Positions 1 through 12,900 of a stretch of DNA of 64,000 bases are shown piece after piece (the stretch's first letter is position 1; the number at the start of each line of letters is the position of its first letter). The notes under the pieces are model-generated. The model was not told the DNA's origin and did no database searches. It worked only from the letters and a program-made list of their open reading frames with translations. The translations under genes were made by a program, and so were the position numbers. Source of the stretch: Antedon mediterranea (lineage: Eukaryota > Animalia > Echinodermata); assembly GCF_964355755.1 (NCBI RefSeq), contig NC_092673.1:18411648-18475647 (forward strand). The letters are read 5' to 3'.

Positions 1-303
1 AATAAAAAAGGATTATTAATTGTTAATAACCTGCTCCCGGCCTTTACTTACAGTACTTTACAACAAAATACTTCTGTCAGTCTTATCACATACAGTATGA
101 ATATGGGCTTAAAAGAGATCCTTTTCCAAACAAACATTTTGCACAAAAGGAAGAAAAATGTTTAGTTTAGTAAAAATGTTTGAGCAATGCAATTTCAAAA
201 AGAAATTTAATATGAAATTATTCTTTTCAAACAGTGCCGTATCTTATCTTATGACTTTTTGGAAAAAATGATTCTATTAAAGTTGCCAGTTAAAATTTGA
301 TAT

Positions 304-672
304 ACTGGTAATTAAGTGCCCACAGATGGTTCTCGAATAAATAAACTTCAGTAAATAACTGAAAATTGTCTAAGTCGCACTGTACACAAAGCAAATAAAT
401 ACAGATATGTTGGAATTTATGTAGTCAAATATAATTGTCATCCTGAGAATTACCTTAATTTTGTTTATTGCATGGTATTGTTCACCAAATTCCTGTCTTG
501 GTACATTTGATGATGGGATGGTATCGGGCTTCATGATATGATATGATTTTCATCAAGGCAAATGGTTTAAATTAAATTTGTTATCGTTAATATCTAACTT
601 AACTTAATTATGATATTGGTTTCATTGGGTGTTAAAAATCAGTACTGAAAGGATGTACCAACTTTCTCTACC
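304..672 (-). mobile_element. Degenerate fragment of the Helitron family at 1131 and 3140
   Basis: Shares GTGCCCACAGATGGTTCTCGAATA and AAAATCAGTAC(T/C)GAAAG...ACCAACTTT blocks with the two full copies; termini lost. Confidence 0.55.
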
Positions 673-798
673 ATATTCTATTTTGTTCTCATTATTATTA
701 TTATTGACCACATTATTTAGCAGTAATTCTTGCTATGGTTTGGGTTGACAAAAAAACCCCATTTTCACATAATGTCTGTTGTCAATATTATACACCAG

Positions 799-920
799 CA
801 ACATTGCGAAAGAAAGATGGTGACACTCCATTACATGCATATTTGTATATGTATTCAGTACCTACCTTAGAAATAGTAACATGTCTCACACAGCGTGGTT
901 CAGTAACATGGAAAAATAAG
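799..920 (+). CDS. Divergent ankyrin-repeat exon (TLRKKDGDTPLHAYLYMYSVPTLEIVTCLTQRGSVTWKNK)
   Basis: GDTPLH motif; homologous to the array exons. The donor reads GC instead of GT (AATAAG/gcagtg), so it is either a GC-AG exon or decayed. Confidence 0.55.
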
Positions 921-3900
921 GCAGTGTACATGAATAATAACTTACATTAAGTAATAGGCTAAAGTAAGCCCATTAACAAAAATCAAATTTTATTAAAAGA
1001 AACCAAATTAAAATAATAACTAAACAGTTATATGATTTATGATAACTGATTTAAAGTATACAGTTATCCATCATATAACATTTATCTTTTTTCTTAATGA
1101 ACAAAAACAATCTACTTGTAATTTTTTATACTAGATGGTACGCTCGCTTCGCTCGCGTACCATCTAGTTCGTGCCCACAGATGGTTCTCGAATACATAGT
1201 AATTTCAGCGTAAAAAAAATGGCGATTTCAAATGTACGTACGGCAGGACTATAAAACATTGTCGTTTACAGAAACAAATAGACACAGTGATTTATGTAGT
1301 CAACCACAATTAGCACCTAGAAACTTGTCACAAAATGAGTTCAAATTTGTTATTTGGACTCATTTAAACAAACCCAATTTTGTATCTATTAGAGTTTAGG
1401 GTTTTGTATTATATCTAACATTAGAGTTGAGCGGTGGGGATGAGGATAGGTACAAAGAGGAAAAATGTTTTAATATATTCTTTATATTAAATTATTCTTT
1501 ATATTTCTTTATTATCCACTCAGTAACGAAATATTTTTTTATAGGCCCATAAATAATATGCCACTAAATAGAGTAAAACATTTCCGATTTAATGCTTTAT
1601 TAAAACTGTCACTGTCTCATGGTCGATTGAAATACTGTAGTAAAGTACCTTTAAAGACCACTAATACGTTTATATTTTAATTATTAATTAATACAAATGT
1701 TGAGAAACAACTGACAGTATTAAAGTATTATATTATTATGTGTTTATAATCTAAAAGTAGGGGCTACCCACACTCACAGTGATAAAGTTTATTAGTATAT
1801 TTGTTTAATATTATATCTAACAGTACCAACACACTTTTGATTCAAATGGCGATCAAACGTGGTTAATACCTATTTGCAGTATTGTATAGCATTACAATAC
1901 TATTTCTGTTTATTCTCCAAGGGTCTATAAATTGACCTACTTGTGTTAAACCATGGAGGTATGCAAGTATGGTTAAACCAAATAATTTGGAATGTTCCAT
2001 TCATCGCAAATCAATACATTTGTATAAACGTATATTAAATCTATCAAAATAGTATTTTTTAAAGAAAATCGGCCTGTCTTCAACATTATGATGCTGTACT
2101 CGAGCTGTTCAACCGGTTTTCAGCCATTAAAAACAATTATCGTAGGAGGAGATAGGAAAATGCGAAGCATCCTCGCATTATCGTCTGCGGGTATTTTTCA
2201 AGACGGACATCCATTAGACAGTGTATACCACGATCGAAAAACACCCCTATTTGGGGCAAATCGTTGAACCTAAATTCGTTTTAATCGTCAATAACTAATT
2301 ATCGAACTCAATTTAATTATTAAACAGGGTTACATCAGGTGGTTAAAATCAGTACCGAAAGTACGAACCAACTTTATATACCATCGAGTAAACATTCTAG
2401 AAATAACGCGCGATTTACCAAATTTTGCCCTTACGTAAATTTATATATAGATTCAGGTGAATCAGTATAATTTTGTTTAAATATTTTTGACCGTAAAACA
2501 AATATAAATTGCTCATATGTAGCTGTAAAGATAACAATGATTGACAATGGTCTAATTAATTGTAAAGATGAAATAAAATGGGACTACATTGATTAATAAT
2601 AAAATAACAAATAAAAAAGGTTTATGTTACAAAAAATTAATAGAATCTGATTTTATTAACAAATAATTATTAATTAATAACCTGCTCCCTCTCTTACCTT
2701 ACAAAAAAATGCTTTCCTTTCCAGGATGGTAACACTCCATTACATTCATATCTGAGGATTGAATATACACAACCTACCTTAGAAATAGTGACGTGTAATG
2801 ATAATTATGATTATTTACCACAATATTTAGCAGCAATTGTTGTTGTTTGTATTGAAAAAAAAAACAAACAATTTCACATAATGTCTGTTGTCAGTATTTA
2901 TAAACTTTATTGTGATTCCTTTCCAGTATGGTAACACTCCATTACATTACTATCTGAGACATGAAGACCCTACCTTAGAAATAGTGACGCGTCTCATTCA
3001 GCATGGGGCACCAGTAGCATTGCAAAATAAGGTAATGTACAGGGATTTGCTAGTGTAATAGGCTAACATTCTATAGATATGCTGTGGTAAACCATTCTAT
3101 TTTGTTCTACTCATTTATTAATAATGATAATTATGATTACTAGATGGTACGCTCGCTTCGCTCGCGTACCATCTAGGTCGTGCCCACAGATGGTTCTCGA
3201 ATACACAGTAATTTCAGCGTAAAAAAATGCTTTTTTTAATGTACGTACTGCAGGACGATAATAGTTATTATTGTTTACAGAAACGAATAAATAGACACGA
3301 TGATTTATGTATTAAACTGAAATTAGCACACTGGGAATTACTTCCGAAAGAGAAACTTGTCACAAAATGAGTCCAAATTTGTTATTTGGACTCATTTAAA
3401 CAAACCCAATTTGTGTTTTGTGTGTAACATTAGTTTTGAGGGATGGGGAAGAGGATATGGGTACAAAGAAGAACAATGTTTTAATATATTATTTATCTAC
3501 TCAGTAACGAAATATGTTTTTCACTTTGATAGGCCTATAAATAATATACCACTTGATACAGTAACACATTTGCGATTTAATACTTTGTTAAAACTGTCAC
3601 GGTCATAGTCCATTGAAATAGCATAGTACATGTAACGATACACGTACCACTACAACGTTTATATTCTTTGTAATTATTAATTAATACAAACGTTGAGAAG
3701 CAACTGTCAGTAGTACAGTTTATTTGTATATTGTACGTTTTATATAACAGTAGGGCCTACTCACAGGCCTATAAATAATATACCACTTGATACATTAACA
3801 CATTTGCGACTTAATACTTTGTTAAAACTGTCACTGTCATAGTCCATTGAAATAGCATAGTACATGTAACGATACACGTACCACTACAACGTTTATATTC

Positions 3901-6900
3901 TTTGTAATTATTAATTAATACAAACGTTGAGAAGCAACTGTCAGTACTACAGTTTATTTGTATATTGTACGTTTTATATAACAGTAGGGCCTACTCATAG
4001 GCCTATAAATAATATACCACTTGATACAGTAACACATTTGCGACTTAATACTTTGTTAAAACTGTCACTGTTATAGTCCATTGAAATAGCATAGTACATG
4101 TAACGATACACGTACCACTACAACGTTTATATTCTTTGTAATTATTAATTAATACAAACGCTGAGAAGCAACTGTCAGTACTACAGTTTATTTGTATATT
4201 GTACGTTCTATATAACAGTAGGGCACTCACAGTAATACGTTTATTTGTACATGATTGTGTTATACATCTAACAGTACCCACACTCACATTAAATTCAATG
4301 GCGACCACAAATGTTAATACGTATTTACAGTAATGTCCAAGTATTGCAATACTTATCTATATATAGGTTTTAGGTTAATTCCCCACGGGCCAATAAATTT
4401 ACCTACAGCTGGTGGTACTTGTGTTAAAGCAAAGAGTTATTATTGGAATGTTCCATTCATCGGAAATCAATACATTTGTATAAATGTATATTAAATCTAT
4501 CAAAATAGTATGTTTTTAAGAAAATAGGTCTGTCTTCAACATTATGATGCTGTACTCGAGCTGTTCAACCGGTTTTCATCCATTAAAAACAATTATCGTA
4601 GGAGGAGATAGGAAAATGCGAAGCATCCTCGTATTATTGTATGCGGGTATTTTTCAAGATAGACATGCATTGGACAGTGTATACCACGATCGGAAAACAC
4701 CCCTATTTGGGGCAAATCGTTGAACCTAAATTCGTTTTAATCGTCAATAACTAATTATCGAACTCCATTTAATTAGTAAACAGGGTTACATCAGGTGGTT
4801 AAAATCAGTATCGAAAGTACGAACCATCTTTATATACCATCGAGTAAACATTCTAGAAGTAAGGCGCGATTTACCGAATTTTGCCCTTACGTAAATTTAT
4901 ATATAGATTTACCACAATATTTAGTAGCAATTGTTGTTGTTTGTATTGAAAAAAAAACAAACAATTTCACATAATGTCTGTTGTCAGTATTTATAAACTT
5001 TATTATGATTCCTTTCCAGTATGGTGACACTCCATTACATTCATATCTGAAACATGAAGACCCTACCTTAGAAATAGTGACTTGTCTCATTCAGCATGGG
5101 GCACCAGTAGCATTGCAAAATAAGGTAAATGTACAGGGATTTGCTAGTGTAATAGGCTAACATTCTATAGATATGCTGTGGTAAACCATTCTATTTTGTT
5201 CTACTCATTTATTAATAATGATAATTATGATTATTTACCACAATATTTAGCAGCAATTGTTGTTGTTTGTATTGAAAAAAAAAACAAACAATTTCACATA
5301 ATGTCTGTTGTCAGTATTTATAAACTTTATTGTGATTCCTTTCCAGTATGGTGACACTCCATTACATTACTATCTGAGACATGAAGACCCTACCTTAGAA
5401 ATAGTGACGTGTCTCATTCAGCATGGGGCACCAGTAGCATTGCAAAATAAGGTAATGTACAGGGATTTGCTAGTGTAATAGGCTAACATTCTATAGATAT
5501 GCTGTGGTAAACCATTCTATTTTGTTCTACTCATTTATTAATAATGATAATTATGATTATTTACCACAATATTTAGCAGCAATTGTTGTTGTTTGTATTG
5601 ACAAAAAACAAACAATTTCACATAATGTCTGTTGTCAGTATTTATAAACTTCATTATGATTCCTTTCCAGGATGGTGACACTCCATTACATTCATATCTG
5701 TGGAGTGGATATACTGCACCTACCTTAGAAATAGTGACTTGTCTCATTCAGCATGAGGCACCAGTAGCATTGCAAAATAAGGTAAATGTACAGGGATTTG
5801 CTAGTGTAATAGGCTAACATTCTATAGATATGCTGTGGTAAACCATTCTATTTTGTTCTACTCATTTATTAATAATGATAATTATGATTATTTACCACAA
5901 TATTTAGCAGCAATTGTTGTTGTTTGTATTGAAAAAAAACAAACAATTTCACATAATGTCTGTTGTCAGTATTTATAAACTTCATTATGATTCCTTTCCA
6001 GGATGGTGACACTCTATTACATTCATATCTGTGGAGTGTACGTACACCTACCTTAGAAATAGTGACGTGTTTCATTCAGCATGGGGCACCAGTAGCATTG
6101 CAAAATAAGGTAAATGTACAGGGATTTGCTAGTGTAATAGGCTAACATTGTATAGATATGCTGTGGTAAACCATTCTATTTTGTTCTACTCATTTATTAA
6201 TAATGATAATTATGATTATTTACCACAATATTTAGTAGCAATTGTTGTTGTTTGTATTGAAAAAAAACAAACAATTTCACATAATGTCTGTTGTCAGTAT
6301 TTATAAACTTCATTATGATTCCTTTCCAGGATGGTGACACTCTATTACATTCATATCTGTGGAGTGTACGTACACCTACCTTAGAAATAGTGACGTGTCT
6401 CATTCAGCATGGGACACCAGTAGCATTGCAAAATAAGGTATTGTACAGGGATTTGCTAGTGTAATAGGCTAACATTCTATAGATATGCTGTGGTAAACCA
6501 TTCTATTTTGTTCTACTCATTTATTAATAATGATAATTATGATTATTTACCACAATATTTAGCAGCAATTGTTGTTGTTTGTATTGAAAAAAAAAACAAA
6601 CAATTTCACATAATGTCTGTTGTCAGTATTTATAAACTTTATTGTGATTCCTTTCCAGTATGGTAACACTCCATTACATTACTATCTGAGACATGAAGAC
6701 CCTACCTTAGAAATAGTGACGTGTCTCATTCAGCATGGGGCACCATTAGCATTGCAAAATAAGGTAAATGTACGGGGATTTGCTGGTGTAATAGGCTAAC
6801 ATTCTATAGATATGCTGTGGTAAACCATTCTATTTTGTTCTACTCATTTATTAATAATGATAATTATGATTATTTACCACAATATTTAGTAGCAATTGTT

Positions 6901-9900
6901 GTTGTTTGTATTGACAAAAAACAAACAATTTCACATAATGTCTGTTGTCAGTATTTATAAACTTTATTATGATTCCTTTCCAGAATGGTGACACTCCATT
7001 ACATTCATATCTGAGACATGAAGACCCTACCTTAGAAATAGTGACTTGTCTCATTCAGCATGGGGTACCAGTAGCATTGCAAAATAAGGTAAATGTACAG
7101 AGATTTGCTAGTGTAATAAGCTAACATTGTATAGATCTGATGAAGTGAACCATTCAGCAGTAATTGTTGTTGTTTGTATTTACCAAAAAAAAAAACAATT
7201 TCACATAATGTCTGTTGTCAGTATTTATAAACTTCAGTATGATTCCTTTCCAGGATGGTGACACTCCATTACATATATATCTGAGGAGTAGTTTTGTTTT
7301 GATTTAGATATTCATTTATAAGTCAACTATAATTGTAATGTGTTGTTGTTGTTTTAATATTTCATTTGTATCTGGAAGTATCCAAATATTATTTGCTTTG
7401 AAAGTTTATAGTAAAACTATTTGTTGTTTTATATTATGGCTCAAACATTTTACCTACTGTTCCAAAGTAAACTTTTATTCAATTTATCTCTCTCTCTCTC
7501 TCTCCTCTCTCCTCCATCTTTCAATGTTGAAGGCGGTAGACTATAAACAGCAGCACTCAAGTTTTGGTTTGGATACAGGAGTTATAGGTGGCGCACTGTA
7601 CAAATTGATGTAATTTATTAGCAAATAGTAATTTCTATTCACGTCCTAATTTACAACCAATGTAAAAAAATAGTAAATCTACGTGTTATCACGTGATGCT
7701 CTTTCATCCAATCTCTAGATGGTAAATGTTTGAGCCATGACATGATACTGTATGTATGTGATGCGTAATTAAAGTGTGTTATATTGTATATCAATAATTT
7801 CTCAAAAACTACTAATAACTAAACCCATTTTTTTAATAGGATGGAAATACACCTGTCTCTGTTTTAGAAAGTAACAGGCGGATAGGGGACCAGAGAAAAA
7901 CTGAAATTTTAAACTTCTTTAAAAGTAAGTGAAGTTTTAATTATTAAAATTTTGGAATCAACTAGTTTTCATTACAAACGATAAAGATTTGATTTCTTGT
8001 CCCAAATGAAGAAGAATGTCCAGATAAAGAAAATTAACATTTATGATATCATTCACAGGTTCAGATGACAATAGATTAAATAATCCACTGGGATTGTAGT
8101 AAACATGGAAGTTGTGATATGTTGCAAGATGTAAAAACCTTATTTTTTATGATTTGAACATTGCAAATAAATTAGAAAAATTATTTTGCCATTACGATAA
8201 AAATACACAAAAATGCAAACTTTAAAATTCCTTTGAATTAACAATATTGAATAAATTAGGCCACACTTTTTTTTTATGGAACGTCATTTTTCACATCGAA
8301 TCAATCTCTTTATTCATCAATACATCAAAACAATTATACATAAACAAAATAAAGATGTGAAGATGAAAGGGACCTCCAAGAAACCCAAAGGGGCTTGTGA
8401 TAAAAGGCCCACTATAAGCTAGTTACAAAAAAAACATACAAAAAATAAATTAATAAAATTAATAAAAATCCTGTATAGACAAATACACGGGATGCGCATT
8501 GTTAAGGAATATTTGAACTTTACTAATTGCATATAAATGTAATCTATTTTATATATAATGGTATTATTTAAAATATGTATTCGCAATCGAGGCAAACAAT
8601 TTACGATAGGAGGAGATAAATATTGAATTTAACAAGGCCATATAGATGACTGCAGTCGCTTGCTCAAGTTAGTGTTTACCAACCGACCGACATAGTGAGT
8701 TGTAGAGTGGCGTTGCACGTGACTAAAAATCTAATTTTCTTGTTAATCCCATTTTTTGTTTCGACAATGGACTCATTTTAAAGCCTGCTTTAGAATACTA
8801 TTTCTCTGTATGTAAAATTAAACATCATGCATAATGTATTTTACCTTCGCTCCTACAATTGTATTATCTTATACCAGGAGCGGATCTAGTCATTTTTATT
8901 TGAACTTTATTAATTGCATATAAATGTAAAATGTAGATTTTTTTTTAGATTGTCGATATGGGACAAACAATTTTTTTTTTCTAAACGCCCGGAGATAGCA
9001 GCGTTTTGGTCGGTCGATTCTTGTCATATAATTATCTAAATATATGTTGATACAAAGTTTGCGATACACCGTGTATATAAGTTTTAAAAAGGACTATTGA
9101 GTTTCTCGACGTTTCAATCAATATTCGTTGATCGTCCTCAGGAGAGAGAATGCAGAAAGTCCATGAAACTGGGAATATAAGTGGAATATGGTATATAAAT
9201 ATAGTTTGGTTTTAAAGCCTGTTTTCTTGTCGATGTAACGTTACAGCGAGTTTCGTTGATTTGAGTTGAGTTTTCAAATTGTTAAAGTTGAAAAAAATAA
9301 TAACGATGATCGATCCGGATTGGTAATATTTACATGATCGTTCATAGTTCTCTTGAGCGGTAAAGTGACACGCGGACGTAAAGTGTTGCAGAACCAAGAC
9401 CGGCCACGGCAGCTGTGGTCGCGTGAAAATTGAAAAAGTTATGGGTTTTGATGCTTCAATCCAGCCTAGGGCATGTTTTCGATTATTAATCTAGGCTTTA
9501 CACTAAAGAAACATTAAATTAAATTGTTTTTATATTATAATTATTTTGACTTACACTTAAACATTGTTGTGTTTTTAAAAATTCAAGAATTGTCAGCGCG
9601 TACATATTTTTTCACAAACTGTGATGACGTGATTTGTGAACTATTTGATTGGTCAGTTGAAGTTGAACTTGGTTCAATAATTAAAGATTTTAACGATTTT
9701 TAATGTTTTTACCTCATCTTCCTGTAAAATTGTTGTATGTAAATGGGTGGCGTGTCAATGACATTTAAAAGAATATACAACCCCCTAACCCCCCCCCCCC
9801 CCCCCCAATTTTCCCCTGTGTACAACTTCCCAAGCAAATAGTATAATGCAAAGCAATACATAATATTTGAGCAGTTAACTTATTGAAAAATTGAGCTCAA

Positions 9901-12900
9901 TAATACTATAGAGTACAAACAGAATAATAGAATATTATACAGATATTGCCTGCTTAGAGGTTAAATATAAGATTTGACATCCCCGAGGGAATGTTCGAGG
10001 GAATATATATTTCCCGAAGCGCTAGTTCTCGAGAACATAATATCATTCCCAAGGGGTTGTCAAATCTTATATTTTACCGATATAAAAGGCGATATCTGTT
10101 ATATTTATAGCCAACAACAAGTTGAATATCTACTGCTGGGTTGGATGTAGCAAGGCCTCCTTTGTAATAAGCCTGCCTAGTTTGTGTTGCATTCACCTTA
10201 CCTTGCGAAGAATAATATACAGATAATTACTAATTAGTGATTCCTTGGCAATAAAATATTCACTTAGGCCTATGTCATTTAAATTAACAGTTGAATTCCA
10301 TCAATAAGCCTACATTACTGATAATAATATTATTATCAGGTAGGCCGAATAAATCATAATTCGTCTTCTTCGAGGAGCCGAATCACCGGATGTTCAGCGC
10401 GCCGTTGTATTGTGAAGATGGACAAATTATCGCGAGTTCAAGTCTCAGTAGATGACTTTTGTTTATTTATCGCCAAACGCGAGTGTTGCCACACGAAAAT
10501 TACACAGTCAATATCATCGTACTCGAGGATATATACAATTTATGATCCTGGCAGCGGTAGTCATGTTTCAACCAATCACGTGAACGTATTTACATAGGCT
10601 ATGTAATGTTATACAGATATTGCCTGCTTAGAGGTAAAATATAAGATTTAACATCCCCGAGGAATGATATTCCCTCGAACAAAATATCTTTCCCCGAGGG
10701 ATGTCAAATCTTATATTTTACCGATATAAAAGGCAATATCTGTTATATTATATATAGCCAACAACAAGTTGAATATCTGCCTAGTTAGGCGTTGCATTCA
10801 CCTTACCTTGCGAAGAATAATATACAGATAATTACTAATTAATGATTTCTTTGGCAATAAAGTATTCACTTAGACCAGGTTGTTTAAATTAACAGAAAAA
10901 TTTCCATCAATAAGCCTACATTAATTATAATAATAATAATATTATCAGGTAGGCCCAATAAATAATAATTCGTATTCTTCGAGGAGCCAAGTCGCCGGAT
11001 GTTCAATTGATCAATCACAAACGGTCTTTCTTCGCCTCTGGAGAAGGCTAATAACAAATGAGGGCGCTTTGTATGCATAGTTTAAATAGTTGATTAATTT
11101 CTTCAAGCAAGTTGCGTAGCGCTGCGGGTAAAACGTCGTCTCGTGATGATGTGGGCTAATCTTCGCGAGTTCAAGTCTTAGTAGATGACACGAAAATTAC
11201 ACAGTCAATATCATCATACTTGAGAATTTTATTTATTTTATTTTTATTTTATTCAGTTGACAACCAACAGCAATGAAACCGCCACTAACAGGTTGAATCT
11301 AAACATAATAAACTATAATAATACCCAAATAAGCAACAATAACATAAACAAAGATTGGAACATTATAGAGATTTTTAATTAACCTGCAAACAAAAATGTA
11401 ACTTACTACGCCAATAAGGTTGATGTTTATATGCCACAACTCTACAGATCACACATAGACCGATGTAATGCGAATAATGTATTTTAATAACTGTCAATAA
11501 CTCAATACAACAACATGGAAATCAAAGCAACAACGAACGAACAACGCCAGCCCATGAGGGCGCACTGGCGCTATCAATCAAAACTCCTAAATCCCTTTGA
11601 AAATTTACACGGATTTTATATGTTTAATGACAGGGACACGATAATTACTCGAAAATTACTCCGTCAATATCATCATACTCGAGGATACAGTATATACCAT
11701 TTACAATCCTTGCAGTGGTACTCATGTGATGCAGTTTCAACCAATCACGTTCACGTATTTACATACATTACACATGTAATATAAATAAATATTTAGCCTT
11801 GCCTTGGTGGTACTGTTACTAGTACTAACTAAAAAGGGAACCATACCTGAATGTGAAAGTTGACAAACTTTTATAGGCTAAAACCAATCATATATTACAC
11901 TTAAGTCCAATTATGCGCAATTGCAGTTGAGTTTTACAAGTAGTGTTAAATGCAATTCAACTTCAGTGGAAATAGAATGTACTGCACTTAAGTCAAATAT
12001 ATTGCACTTAAGTCAAATGTAGTATACTTAGTTGAATACAATTGTACTTCAATGCAATGTATTGTATCAAGGTAAATTCAAGGTATTTGTCTTAAGTTTA
12101 ACTTGGAGGTAACTGATAAAATTGCTTGCCATAGCAGTGATGCTTCATCTTTGGTTCGCAGATTGTTATACTGAATTCTATGTGTATAATGTTAATATAT
12201 GTTGTGAATTTTCAATTATGTATACAGTTCAAATATGAGTGGGATATTGTTGTTTTTGTATACTGGTCCCCCTTCCACAATACTTGACCCCTCTCAAATT
12301 TAGCATTAGATGCGCCCCTGCTTCAATAGGATCAAATCCCCCTTGTCATTCCCCCTCTCCAATGATCTGAGTCATGAATATTTTAAAGTGTTGCCAAGCT
12401 GACGTGAAATTTTATATAGTTCTTTTATAAACAAAATTATATGTAATTGTTTTGTTTTTGGTAATTTTTCAGATTTAACAAGTCCTGTTAGTGATCAATT
12501 TGAGAAACTAAAGGTTGAAAAACAGAATGGTGAGTTTAAGAATCATCATCAGAATTTACTTTTCCCTGAATTATCAAGTATTCTACTATCTTTCTAAACA
12601 GGACTGTCTGTATGTCAACCAATGCATATCTGTAGATACCTTGGCTTACTACTAGTAACAATTTCTCACTGAAAGTTCATTTATTGGGCACCAGACATTT
12701 GCAAATGCTAAGTAACTAATTGATAATATAATAATGTTGATTAAAAATCCAATAAATCCAATATGCAAAAAAAATAAATAAACAAAGCAGAAACTGTTGG
12801 CCTACACTGTAGCTATCCACAGAATAATAGAGTATTTCAAAAAAGAGTTTGAGGGGAAAAAGTGCTTAATCAATTCAATTTCTTTTATTTCATTCTTAAA

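Larger units (their letters stand above)
2700..7290 (+). repeat. Tandem array of ~327-331-bp intron+exon units, one ankyrin repeat per unit (8 intact exons, 2 truncated)
   Basis: Near-identical ~220-bp introns ending ATGATTCCTTTCCAG or GTGATTCCTTTCCAG, and exons ending CAAAATAAG/gt. Interrupted by the Helitron at 3140-4907. Confidence 0.95.

Noticed and set aside
4887-7054. Repeated minus-strand ORFs (MRQVTISKVG...)
   Set aside because: Antisense shadows of the ankyrin exon/intron units.
11113-11190. tRNA gene
   Set aside because: Only A/B-box-like remnants inside an interspersed repeat; no convincing cloverleaf.
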